Part shown: positions 25,201 through 38,300 of the stretch, in pieces
Numbering within the stretch: position 1 is the first letter of the stretch
How the letters are laid out: every line of letters starts with the position of its first letter
Origin: Tubiluchus corallicola
Taxonomy: Eukaryota; Animalia; Priapulida
Direction: 5' to 3'
NCBI GenBank assembly: GCA_030141605.1
Contig: JAQGDQ010000009.1
Coordinates: forward strand, 248,001 to 312,000
Length of the DNA: 64,000 nucleotides
Program-made: the position numbers and the translations under genes
Notes under the pieces: generated by a model
Seen by the model: the letters and a program-made list of their open reading frames with translations, nothing else
The model's database searches: none
Told to the model about the DNA's origin: nothing

Positions 25201-26474
25201 ATTAGGTTATGTGGTTCCTATAAAAATTAGTCCCGAGTTGATAAATAAATGGCTTCATTTTTTTAAGGTAAGAGATTGCCTGCTAAAAGCGCATTTATTA
25301 CAAAGTCTGGACACAATTTTTCCATTTTACATTGTTAGTGCTCACTGTCACGCTTAGCAGAATGATTTTTCTGGTAGCATGTACAGAGGAGACTCAGGAG
25401 TTCTGCAATTTTGAATTGTAAAAATTCATTTGTTTATTAAACGTCCAGCATGCTTGTCAGCCCTGGTGCAGAACATAGATAGATTTAAAACTCATCTAAA
25501 CGTTAGATAGCAACTTTGCTTTTGAGTGCTAGACGGCTTGATAGGAGATGGTAACAGTGGTAACATGTGAAAAATGAATTGTTGATTACGATGTTGGCAA
25601 TGTACATTATCTTACAAGATGCTTACAGACTTCATAAGAAGCAATTTTTCAGTTTTCACTTCTTTTACCGTGGTATGAGAAATAAAACTGGCTTGAAAAC
25701 CTTTATCAAATAAACATATCTTCGTCACTTAGTAGTATAACATTTTCGTGTTAGCCTTAGCTTTATCAAACTTTTTTGCGCTGACGCTTATTGATTTTGA
25801 CTAGAATAAATCAAAACGTAGCAAAGGTAATGAATTTCTAATATTTCAGTTCTGGCCACAGGCCTGAAGCTCCTGTTACTGGATATTTGGATTATGAGGT
25901 TTACAGACGATCACATCCAAATTCCATTGATGACAACCGGGAGAGAAGAGGGCCACGCGTTATTTTCTTCAGCAAAGAGAAAGAAGCAGCACCACATATC
26001 CTGCTCGGTCGGCGAGGTGTTCCCACGCTTCGTGATCGAAGTGCTGACATCACTAGCCGAAGTGACGTACCTTTGTCACGTGACTTCCGGCGTCTCGAGA
26101 TTACTCCTTTTGGCTCTGAAGACGTTCCTCCACGCACGGCTCGCTCAGAAGCAGACCTTCTTAAGGGTCTTGAGAAATTTGCAGAATCCATATTTGGGAA
26201 TGACATTACAGATAAGGTCTCAAATACAATCAAAGATGAATTCTCTCATGTAGGCTTTGTGAAACCAACACCCCCGGGGATTTTCAGTACATCGATCGAC
26301 TCGGGGGCAACTCCTAACAGATTCTTGGACCAATCATTTGGATATCGACCAGATTCAATACCTATTACTGTCACAACTGGCTATGAGGCTACAAATCCAC
26401 CAGGCCGTCCTGACCATATCCCAGATTTCCATGTTGCACCCAGTTCACCTACAATATTTGGTTATGGTCGATAA
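22278..26474 (+). CDS. Unrecognised putative secreted protein, 4 coding exons, 332 aa
   Basis: Exons 22278-22325 (MAWFSSQGCLLAICIM, donor GTGAG), 24053-24222, 25050-25205, 25850-26474. Intron phases 0/2/2 join into one open frame of 999 nt ending ...PSSPTIFGYGR*. Acceptor tatag at 22264-22265 precedes a 12-nt UTR and AAAATGG start context. The N-terminus is hydrophobic. Exons are more GC-rich than the flanks. No family recognised. Confidence 0.75.
23486..23945 (-). mobile_element. Tc1/mariner transposase relic (C-terminal part) in an intron of the unrecognised gene
   Basis: Minus strand: HDGT*PY, then PANLRDMNLIK (decayed PANSPDLNPIE), ending VLRSYLSRVQAVQDT*GSSTKF* (decayed SMPxRxxAVIxxxGxxTKY*). 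Confidence 0.65.
24406..24505 (+). repeat. 27-bp tandem repeat, about 3.5 copies
   Basis: T(A/G)TTCTCTTCAACAGAAT(A/G)AAGAT(A/G)GG units. Confidence 0.85.
24524..24866. mobile_element. MITE with about 21-bp TIR in an intron of the unrecognised gene
   Basis: AAGTTTGTGATACACCAAAGC ... GCTTTGGTGTATCATAAGCTT. Confidence 0.75.
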
Positions 26475-26618
26475 ATGTGCGTGTAATTAACCATGGACCC
26501 CTACATAAATTAACTAAAGTTAAGGCTATGCTAAAATGTTACTATTATGTTATATTTCGTGCTTTCATTCTATAAACTGTCATTTGGGGGGAAGGCAATC
26601 ATAAAAAATATGGCACAA

Positions 26619-27116
26619 TTAAAGAGGAACAAAATGGAACTTTAAAATATATCCTAAGAGCTTTCCGCAAAAAGTTATATTGCTGAGCGTTACACTTTCC
26701 TGTTTGGAAAACTTATGTGACTTATGTAAAAGAAAATTCTTAATAAATTTAAACGTTCGCGCCAACTGGTAAAATGTCACTACAAGCAATCCCAGTGTGC
26801 ACCACTGATTCACCAAAAACACATTATTGATCTTTGTGACAACAAAAGGTAATTTATGCTTTTGTTTAGTTAGTGAATGTGCTACGAATGCTCTGATTAT
26901 TTTTTCAAACCTTACACAATGTTATTTAAACTTGTTTCAAACGACTTACCATTAAAACGAATGTACCTAAAAGGCATCGCGGGAGTTCAGATTTACTAGT
27001 TTTAGGCAGCATTGCTGGTAATACAAGCGTGTGTGCAAAAAAACAGCATGTAAATGACATAAAATTTCAAGACGATTTTATGCTCTATTTACGAATAGTG
27101 TTTTCTTGTGCTTTAA
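26619..27116 (+). mobile_element. Interspersed repeat family A, copy 3
   Basis: TTAAAG...CTTTAA termini (Kolobok-like); colinear with the other two copies. Confidence 0.8.
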
Positions 27117-27428
27117 AAAGTTTGGCAATAATGGCTCAATAACATCAGGTTTCCGAACTCTGTATCAAAATCACCTTTAAAATGTTATAAACATATCATG
27201 TAACTATTATTAAGTTTTAGTGGCAAAACACATATAAAAACTCCCAGTTTTGCTTTAATTAACTATTTTCGCCATAACCACTTGTGATACTTAGACTTAC
27301 TGTAACTGTAGTAAATTAACTTAATGAAATTTTAAAACTATAATTGTTATGTATTTATAAAGCAGCTAATGTTCTCTGAATGTACATGTCATATAGCTAT
27401 TGTTTATTGTAAGAGAATAAATTGAAAT

Positions 27429-28134
27429 TTAAAAGTGTTTTATCACATTGCTAGATGAATAATATTTTTATCAAATACACATGTATTGCAAATTTTGTGA
27501 ACAAACATCCAAGATGTGGTGGAGCAGGTGGAAAAGGGATCCAAATTCATTATGTACCTCAATAAGTAAATCCGGCCTCAATCTGTAGCTCTAAACAATC
27601 TACCCTACAAAATATTGAAAGGGAACAATTTTTTTCAAGAATGGCTTACGTGAAAGTATTATTACCACTATAAACGTGATTTCGTTGGCTGACATGTTCT
27701 TCGCTATTACATGCATTTTGCCATTCGCTAAATAGACTGGTACCAGCGCCTGCATCTCGGAAATGCGTTGTAACAAAAAACACGTGCTGTACCTTTCAAT
27801 TCAAATTTGTTCAGTGTGATGTGGCGCACGCGTTCGACAGCTCATTTTCCGAGTTTTTGTATCACACTGAATGTTGTGCAGTAGCACTATACCTCAATTC
27901 TCTCTTTGTCGAATACATCATGCTCATGGACTATTTATGGTGTTTAAAATTACGTTCAGTTGTGACGTCGTCACTAACAGGGCTCCCTGGCCTGGCCATT
28001 AGCTAAGAGTTTAACCATTTTTTTAATTATCAGAAACGCTTTGGCATTAGGTCTGTTACAGGTGAAAAAGTGTAAAGTTTTTAATATACTTCAAAGTAGA
28101 GTAAGATATGAAAAATCATCCTATTTTGCTTTAA
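27429..28134 (+). mobile_element. Interspersed repeat family B, copy 3
   Basis: Colinear with the other copies. One frame (27591-27794) carries LP...QEW...MHF...AVP with internal stops. Confidence 0.78.
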
Positions 28135-28386
28135 TACTTATGACAACTTTGAAACCCTTTGAAGTTCCAGTGTATTAAAATCCAGGGAAAGTGCCTAATA
28201 TAACCTATGATCACAGAAAAATGAAAATTTCAGTGAGATGTGATAAATTTTTGTGACTGATTAATTTCTTAAGATTGGGCATAGAGGAAAATTATGATGC
28301 ATAAGAACAACTAATTCTGCTCTCTAAGAAGTCCGCTCATGCAATTTAAAAATAATTAAGACGACTGAATGAAAACAAATTAGGCT

Positions 28387-28834
28387 TTTATTCCTAAAAT
28401 TAAATTGTCATAAGTTATAAATTGTGAACTTCAATACTGCATCATTCCAGTTGTCAAAGAAATGTGTAGAAAAATCCAGAGTAGTTTCAGCAATGAAGCA
28501 AAAACAAGCTAATATTAAAATTATCATAATTGCGAGTGATTTTTTTTGTTGTTGTTTGTTCACAATTCATTAATGATTTTAACCTGCATTACGAGATGGA
28601 TGAGTAAAGTGTTTTGTGCGTTGCCCTGTAAAACAACTAACATTATAGTCACTAGATATTTAATAATCACTATATAGGCTAGTGTAGTTCTACCATGGTA
28701 GAGAAAATGCAATCAACTCATAATTAAGACACTGTAAGCCACATTTTTATTAAAAAAATTATTATTCTCTCTCTGTGTATATGTGTGAAATGCTTCTCAC
28801 CGTGCTGATATTCAAATATCTAGGCTACTTTATT
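28387..28834 (-). terminator. Candidate CSTF3 3' UTR poly(A) signals
   Basis: AATAAA on the minus strand at 28829-28834, 28746-28751 and 28387-28392, 0.5-0.95 kb after the stop codon. The sequence does not show which is used. Confidence 0.45.
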
Positions 28835-29341
28835 ACTTATTACATATAATATCAAACTGAAAGTGATCAATTTTACAGTATTTACAAAGCAAGCAATCAA
28901 ACCCAATTAAAATTTACACAACTTTTCGTCAACAACAATAATAGTAAACAAAAAGTTCGAATATATAACTCGATTAAAGCTAAGATCCATTTGTCTTCAT
29001 TTGATTAAGTTTGTACACAATTTGACAACAAAGCTTATCATTTACATTAATGATATTTGTAACTTCACTTCCTATAGGTTCTTGTATCGTAAGAAGCGAA
29101 AAATTTTGAAATTGTTGTGAGCACGCCTCTGTGAATAGGCTCAGAATTCAGAACTGATAAAATCTTGAGACTTGTTAATGTGTTAGAAAAGTCCTTATAA
29201 CATGGCACAAAAGCTTGTGCAGTTAACGCAATCTGACAAATGAAGATGATGCACAAAAAGTTGGATGAAATGAATACTATGACAAAAATGATCGTAACAT
29301 TGAACATCCTGGTAAAAATGAGGTTGCAAATCAGAACGTGG

Positions 29342-32300
29342 TCACCGAACTCGCTTCTGTTGTCGCGCTCGATACAAATCATTAGCTGGGGGAGCAGCAG
29401 AAGAATCTTCTTCATCACTTTCTTCTTCACCGTTCTGATGTGGAGTCTGAAAGACAGTTGAAAAGTATGAAAAGCATGGCCATTAATGATAAATGGGCAA
29501 TTTAACAAAAATGCCTTACAATTAGAAACAGTTAATTAGGAATTGAAGCTATCATTACCAACCTATGGTAGAAATGCTATTAGGTAATTTGGTCAGTCAT
29601 TCATTGTCTTTATACAAATGCAAAACTTGGCAGCAAACATAAAGTTTTGGCAAATTTTTTGCTAACTTGTTAAATTGTTCTCAATTAAACAACTGTAAAA
29701 TCTTTGAATTAATTACTCAATAGGGGATGTCAAGAATCTGAATTTCCGAATCCGAATCTACATCGAATCTCATTTTCCTAAGAATTTTCGAATCGGATCG
29801 AAACTGAAGTTCTGCTTAAAATAATTTTCCAAAACCGAATCAAATTCGAATGTCAATTTTTCAGATAGTTTTTTCAACTGAATCTTTTTCGAATCTGTGC
29901 GATTTTCAACCAAATTATGGCAGATTGTAAGACAGCAGCGTTTTTTATGAAGATTACAGATGACCTGTCTCAGCAGCACATTTGACAGAAATACTGCAAT
30001 AATAAAGACTATAGATGATCTAATTATTTTGTAACAGATTTTTTCTGCTGATGACTAACAACGTAAAATGATCTGTTAGTCTAAAATCGCAATGTCATGC
30101 GTGCTTTAGTGTAGGATTTCATGAGTTGGACACATGCTGAAACTGAATATGGCGAAGTCGGCATATTTCAAGTAGGGAAAAATTATCAAAAAAGGCAGCG
30201 ATTTCATGATTTTGCCGAAAATTTAAAGGTAAATGAGCGTATAATGCTTTTATAATGAAGCACTACCGAATCGCATCTGTAGCGAAAGCTAAACTGGATT
30301 TTTTTCAAACGTCTTTGCGGAATCAGGTCGGATCTAAAGTAACTCAGAACTTCCGCGAATCATATCGGATCAAAGCTCCAGTTCGGATTCTGTTTCGAAG
30401 CACTGGTTGTGTTGGAGCTTCATGAGATCCCTCTTACTCAAACAACAAAATAACTGAATAAGGTCTTGAAGCCACACGGTTTATTCTTGACATGCTCTTT
30501 GAACAGCTAATGTGAAACATGGTCAGTGAAAACAAATGATAAGTTTAGGATATAGTCACAAAAAAAGCTTTTCTACAGTTAAAAGTACAAACGTGTAGAC
30601 ACCTTCCTATACGCTTAAATCCTTTAATTTATCAAGCAGCAATACAGAACATTGTTAGGATTTTGTACCATATACTGCAATTACCAACTGAAATCAAACA
30701 CGTGTCAAGAATCTAAATTATGCACTTTTTTCAATTTGCCAACAATCTGCTAATACAATGCTGGCAAAAATTTTGATGCAAAGCCTATGCTTACTTATAG
30801 CCAGAATTATTACGATAACAGACAGATATTAATTTTCCAAGCTCAACACAACTAATTAATCAGCGAATCGTGTAGCAAGATTAATTTATTTCCTTTTGGC
30901 CAATGTCTGCTGAAGAATAAAGTCAATAAACCCGGCAATTCATCAATACAGAGTAATCCAGCAGCTGAAAATATCTCTCACAACAATAACACTAATCATT
31001 GAAGTAATGCAGCAGAACGGCAGTAGATGTATTGATGAAAGAAATAAAAATGTGCAAACATTCTGAGTAAACGTAACACAGTTCAGCGCACTGCAAGACG
31101 CAATTCATCATTAATGACAAGACTTACTTATTATGTTCATCATTGAAGCACGACAAGAATTTCACTAATTATCAAGAAAAATCTTCTAAGACAAGATGAA
31201 TATGTGTCTAAGCAAATTTTGGATTTATAGGCATCTTACCACAGCAAAAGAAGTAGACACACTATGACAAGCAAAACATTCCAAAAATATATGGCTTCTG
31301 GCAGCCACCCATTTATTTACTACATACCTAGCAGTACTTAACTTCTACTAGTAAATATACCATTTAACACAGGTACTTACCGTTTCTGCCTTAGCTTTTC
31401 GTTTCCGGCTCTCTGGTTTTGGAAGTGCGCCAGTGTTGGCAAAAAACTCAAAAAGTTTCAGGTATTCCTCATGAATCTCCTCTTTCTTTCCAAATCCTCC
31501 TTCTTCATCTTGACTGCTCTGAGTTTCAACTGTAAAAAAATATAAGTATCTAAATAATGTAATTTAAAATAAGATCACCCTTTGCCACAGTTTTTTAAGC
31601 AATGAGTAAGTAACATCTACAAACTGAACTAGAATGATACACGTAACTAAAGTCGGTTTCGATAAAATCTCCTATTTCCAAGACGAAGGACTTTATTATT
31701 TCACCAAAAAGTTGAGTGTTCAATACTACATTTCTTTGTCTACTAAGCAATACCTCCTCACATATTAGATGGACTTCAAATAAATTCCATAGATGAGGGA
31801 TCTGCAGCAAGCATGAGCTGGCTAGATTTTGGTGATGACTGATGGGAAAATAGCCAAAAAAGTTGATACCTATTACTGATGGACAAACTGTGTGTAAGTG
31901 TCTGTCTGCAACATCTCAAAAATTGTGGGTAGATGGCAAAGAAATTTGGTAGAGAGATTGGCTACTTGCAAAGTATTAGACTGAGATGTTTGATATACAG
32001 GCACATATTATCCGAAGGAAGTTTCCAGATTTTTATACAGTACAAACATTGGGTAATTAAGTTAATTATTAATCAGAATATGATAATTATATCGAAATTT
32101 CCCAGCCATTACAGATAAGGTAGAAATAGAAGCATACAATTATTGTGAACTGTTCCAAAATAACATACTTTCCGGTAAAGCCAATTCGTGAAATTTCTCT
32201 ATCATTCTATCAACAATGACAAATGGACCCTGAAAAAAGTAAAAATCAATAAATGCATGGTTCAGTAAAATTCAGTGTGTATTGGGAAAGCGCTAAAGAA

Positions 32301-35300
32301 TTGCATCCTTGTTAATTAATTAGAATAACCTGCAATTAACTGTGCATTTGGGGAATTTTCAAAATAAAAATAATTTGCAAAATGAGCTGCTAGACTCCCC
32401 AGACATAAATTAAATTAAGCCTCTGTGACAATAATAAGTTTAATATTATTAACATTCTAATATTCGCAACAATAGCTTGCGGCAGAAGACAATACAATGG
32501 CTGCGAATAAATGAATTTAGAACTGTCCCATGTGGCTTTATAGCATGCAAAAATGTAATGAATAAGCTGAGTGCATTAGCACCTGCGTTCCCACTTGCTA
32601 GAATTATGACTGTCGGATGTGGCAATTAATTATGTGAAAATAATAAATGAGTGATAGACTCAGTCAACCAGCAATAAAATGCATGCAGGAAAATTATCCA
32701 AGAAAATTTAGGTAATACATTTCCTGACGTAATTCAGTACTAAAACACTAAGTACTAATCCAGCAGTATAAAATGAAACAGTTTATTTTTCTATTTTCTT
32801 ATTTCTGTTGCCAGGAATGCACACAATGTAAAAGTGCATCTGACGAATAACGATAAACACTTTGAATAAGTCAAGCACTTACGTGAAAACTGCTTGGGGG
32901 CGGTAGTAGCGTAAGAAGGTGAGCTGCACTTGCTGGTGGAGGAAAAATACCTCCTGAAACGGGATGAGCACCGTGCGCTGAAATCACGTGTATACTTAAT
33001 TAGAATGCAGCAAATTTTGTTCTGGCTAATCAAAAACACATACTGATAAGTACAGTAATATTTATACACAACAAATGTGCAAATGAAAAGTCTGTAGAAT
33101 TGCTGCTACATGAGCAGCAGTAAAATGTAGGAGTATTTACAATGCTAAAACAAAATTAAGACGTAAAAGTGCACAGAAAGCTTCAAATTTCAATTTGCTG
33201 TGAACACAGAAAGTTTAAAATGAAAAAATCAATGCAAAGCCATCAAACACAAGAATAGCATCTGCAGGAAAGAAAATACAGTTTCATTATTTTGCAGGTA
33301 AGTCTAGATTATCAATATCTCTTTCTGCAAACAATCACGCACTTCATAAAACTCTTAATAAAGCACCGAGAACTATTACTGTTTAGCCTGGAGGTATAAT
33401 TAAAGAAAACTACAAAGTGCTCAACACAAACATAAATCAGTCTCATAGATAACGAGGCTGATTTCGCACAAATTCTATGAAAATGCAAAGTGAAATGTAT
33501 GTGGATGATAAAGTTATGTGTGTTTGTCACAAGTCAGTTATTAAGTGAAAGGAAAATAGGTATGTCGGGTAGCGGAAAAAAAATGTGCTGAGGTTTACCC
33601 TACAATAACACTGGAAGCAAGTGATCTGCAAAGCTGAAATTTCACAGCTTGATACTATGATCCATTATCTTTTGACTATTAAAGTTGCCAGTTTATGGTT
33701 TTAACAGTTTTTAAGTTATGGCCGAAAATTTAATATAATTTTAATATAAATATCGTACAAATGACAGCAAATCGTCAGATGACAAACAGACGTATTTAAA
33801 GCATTCAATACACGGTAGCAAAACAATAAAAAAATCAACCAGGTTACATCATAGTCAACACCACAGAAAATAAAGCATTGACAAAGATTTGTTGCCAAGA
33901 AAAAACAGAACTTGATCTTATGCTCTACTGCATCTAGAATTCCCGGAGAAAGTGCACAATGGTGCACAAAGCCGTTTAATTTAGAGGAAATAAAAGCAAA
34001 AGGCGCTGGAAATAAATATCCATGAAAAAACTGAGCAAAAACGTCAGCTATTGAAATGCCTTCGTCTAGTTTGCACTAAAAATGGTGGACACATAGAGCA
34101 TTTGCTGTAGATTTTAACAATAGAGGCGTGAAGTGGTTTGAAGTGTCTGAAACATAAGTTTGGTAATTTTCAAGAGATTCCCCTATTTTCTTCTTATAAT
34201 ATCATGATCAAAATTTTCACACATTTTTTGCACCACCTGATATAATATCTGCAAGAGAAAATATTATATCCGCAAAAATCTTGCAGAAGAAAATTCAGCA
34301 AGTTCACAACAACTTGTTATCTCATTCCAGAAATAAACAGATCATAACAATTCCTTGCAGCTGAAAACAAACATTCAAAAGACAGCATAACAATATGCAA
34401 ACAACTCGACATGAACATGAAAACATGTTTACTCACGATGAACGAGCTTTGGTTTAAACGGTATCATCTGTCCCAAATCCGGCTTCGGGTACTCGGGCTT
34501 TTTCATATCACTATCGCTATTCCTATCAATGAAAGGCGCCGTTGCCTGGCTAACCGTGTAGTTAACAACGTTCTGTTTTGCAAGTTCCTGTACAAAATTA
34601 TAGATAAAAAATGCAGTAAACAGGCAAGAGATAAACAAACAAACATATTCGCTTTCATAACAACAAATGCTACTTTAAACTTACTGCAAAAGAATGAATG
34701 CCGAAAAATTAAAGAGAAACAATTGTAATGTTAATTATCACTAATTAAATAGACTACAATTTTGACAATTAAACGGCAAAACAACAAATGGAATGGCATT
34801 GGCGCTTGATGTCTAACTCTTTTATGCCATCCATAAATGGAATGTGGTGTTACAATTACTTATAACAAAATTAGTTTATTAAAACTGCATGCACGTACAA
34901 AGAATTAGCCTTTGCAGTTTTAATTCATCTTCTCAATTCATTACTAATTGCTAGACAATGTCACACTGTTTTATTGAAAAGATTCTAGCAAAAGTATAAC
35001 AAAACACAATGTTCAGGAAAAACACGACATAAAATCCTCAATATTAAAAAGCTTCTATTAATGATTTAAGAAATGCACTTTTGGCTCACCCTGTATCCTA
35101 TTGCTTTGAGCTCTGCAGAATCACAGGGATACAAATCTGCAAATTTATACCTATCTACAAGAAGTGCTGTCTCTTTGCCTTCTAGCTGATTCAGCTAAAA
35201 AAACACAAAACAAATACATGTATATTTAAATAAAGACATCTACATAGTGGCATTTGACAAAAAAAACTAATTTAGAAAACAGAAAATAAAAATTTTGCTC

Positions 35301-38300
35301 ATTAAATGCATGTATTTTAAAATTTGCTTTTACTATATAGTTCACCTACAAATTATTCACTTTGCAAATACCTACTATGAGAATGAGCCTTTTAAAGTGC
35401 ATAATATAAAATGCTAAAAAAATACACCATTTACAATTTTTTCAGTACAAAAAAATGCAAAGCCTCAAATAGCTAAGTTTTACACAAATTACCACAAATG
35501 ATACATTATTTTAAACGGCTAATTGGCTGCACTTGAATTAATAAAATTTCCAGAACTAAATTCGTTGCGCATGTAAAAGAGCCAGTGTATTGGATCAAAT
35601 GATAATACTTGTAAAAAAACTATACTAAAAAATTAGATATAACTGTAGGCAGTAAGTACCTTTTCAATTATAGCATTGCGTCTTTTTTCTACTTTCAATA
35701 TACTTGATAGATCTCCGACATTTGTTTCAAACTCCAAAAACTTGTTCCATATATCACTAAAAATGAAAATTTAGCAATGTATACTGTTTAAACTGAGAAA
35801 CTATAAGAATATACATTAGACGACCCATAAAAACTTAATATAAATTTCATCGTCCCGTAGAGTCTGAAAGAAAGTGTTTATGACATTCTTGACTATCAAC
35901 CATGACAAAACTGATTATGACATAATCGTGATGTAATAAAGGAAAAAACATCCCTCGGACTGTATATCCCAAGTGGGGTGCACATTTAAAAATACAGAAA
36001 TCACCAAATTAATATACACACATAAAATACCACGCCTTAAAAGTGCAAAAGAAATTTAGATGATTCTTGTCTTCTGCCAAACGAATCTACTACTGACATA
36101 TTTGAAGAAAAACTGACGTGAGGTGTCAGGTGGCGTGATGGTACATGTGGTAAAACTTTTGTAGAAGTTCCGCTATTCTAGCTGAATTAATCTTTATGTT
36201 CATGTTAAAATTAGTCAACAGATCAATTAGCAACAACTTTAAAGTGCTTATATAGCTCTAACCCACAGGATTATACCTCAAATGCATAAGTACTGTACAT
36301 AATCAAATTACATATTTGACTTTCAGATAAGCAGGCAGTAAGTATGCTTCAAGCCGGGTTACTTATCTTATAGAGTTCAGTTTTAGCTTGTTAAAATAAT
36401 TGTTCTGTTACTTTGGCAGCATTCACTAGGTGAATTGGAGGTTAATCTCTAGCTTAACATTTTGGATTGCTTGTAGTTAATAGGAGTAACTACTGCCGCA
36501 AAAGAAGTTCACTCAAGCACCTTGACGGGATAAACGTTTATATTGTACGGTGGCATCATTTTTCATTGAAAATGAGTGCGAACAAGCGTGAAGTGATCGC
36601 AACTTTAAATTAATTTTACTAATTACACAAGGGTCTTAGCACAGTTTTACTGCTGAAACTTTGTATTATTTGTCTCAAGTACTAAAATAAATTAAACTTC
36701 CCAAGTTTTAACTTTTCCTTTAACAAAAAAAACCTGTATCTATACTTGATGCAAATTTGCAAGAATCAATTGTTACAGTTCTGACAAGAACATCAAAAAT
36801 GTACGGAGATAGTGTGCCGGTGAAAAAGAATTTAAACCCATACTAAGCTTCGCCCAAAAATGGCCAAGAAGACAACCTCTTTTGCTCTTTCAATTTTGTC
36901 CTTATTTTTGATGACTTAATTTTTTCTGCCCTTCATGACAAGAGTACATTTAGGATACTGAAGTCTGCTTGCCCTTTTTGAAGAAAAAGGAGTTTCTTAT
37001 TCTAAATATTCGTGTACAAATATATCGGCTACTTACATTGAGTTTTCATTTTTCAAAGACCCTGACGTTAGCACTCTTTCAAAAAGAACTCTAGTGTTGT
37101 TGTCCTCTAAATAAATGAAAAGATTTAGTGTCATTTACACTGCAACTCACAAAATTGTTTTCTAGTCATTATACCTGTTCTGTACAATTACATTTCAGCA
37201 TATACATGTTGTACTACATTGAAACACAGAGCTTTATAATTAATGATAACAAAACATAGGCTTATTTATTATTACGGCACAGTATAAAATTACAAATTAT
37301 ATACATTATATGCATACTTATACACATCTTTGTACATACATACACACAAGTTACTGTATAAAATTGTTGCATACATAAATCAATAGAAGTGTTGTGTAAA
37401 ACCAATAATCAAAATTTACAGACTGGGGAAAACACATTTGTTATTGGAAGAGTCATGTTTGTATTGAGGGATATTATACACACATAAAACTGTTCTTGAA
37501 TAATTAAATGAGGCCTTTCGATTCCCTCGCATCTGACCCTTTTATCTCAAAGAACAAGTTACAATCATGAAAGTATGATATATGAAATTTATTTCACACA
37601 AACAAAAAACAAACAATTCCAGCATGTGTTTCTCAACACTACAACAAATACCAACAATTTGCTGACTCGTTGAACAGGTGTTAAAACTTAGGGCTATCAT
37701 TTAATTAAAATTATCCAATGAAAGTTCAGATGGTACACAGGTGCTGAAGTTTAGATACATGAAAAGACGAAGATACAGGCAAACATACAAGAAAATCATA
37801 CCATTAAGATGTGCTAAATAGTCGATGTATGCCACTATGTATTCTGGTGTATCTCCGTATCGTTTCAAACCCAATTCAAATATTTTAAATGCAATATTTT
37901 TGTCCTGAAAACACAAAAATGCTTTTACTTGACATTTAGTAAACTCATTAATTGCAGATGTAATAATAACGTTTATATAAATACTAGTATGATAGCCTAA
38001 CTCATGTTTCCTCTTTAAATTTAAGTTTATTGTTGCAATTATAACTTTAAAATTATAACACAATGTATATAACGCTATGTACCTTGCTACTGTAATACTC
38101 CATCAGTGCAGCACTTATGAAAATGTGGTATTTACACCGAGTGTCCTCTCTGGCTTTCTTAAAAACGGCTCGTGCAGATTTGATGCCCTCAGCTCTTCTA
38201 GCAAATTTCATATATTGTATGAAAGCCTACAGCACATAAACATGCACGTTAATCAAGAAAAACACGTTCTATTGTTTCAAAACATTTTCAAAAAAATTGT

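Noticed and set aside
25206-25267. Alternative donor at 25268 (AAG/GTAAGA) for the third coding exon of the orphan gene
   Set aside because: Using it includes an in-frame TAG. The 25206 donor keeps the frame, though a non-productive isoform cannot be excluded.
25901-26253. Overlapping alternative-frame and antisense ORFs
   Set aside because: Shadows of the GC-richer last exon of the orphan gene; only one frame fits the splice phase.
29065-29508. 147-aa minus-strand ORF
   Set aside because: Overlaps the last CSTF3 exon in a different frame; the real frame ends RARQQKRVR* at 29342.
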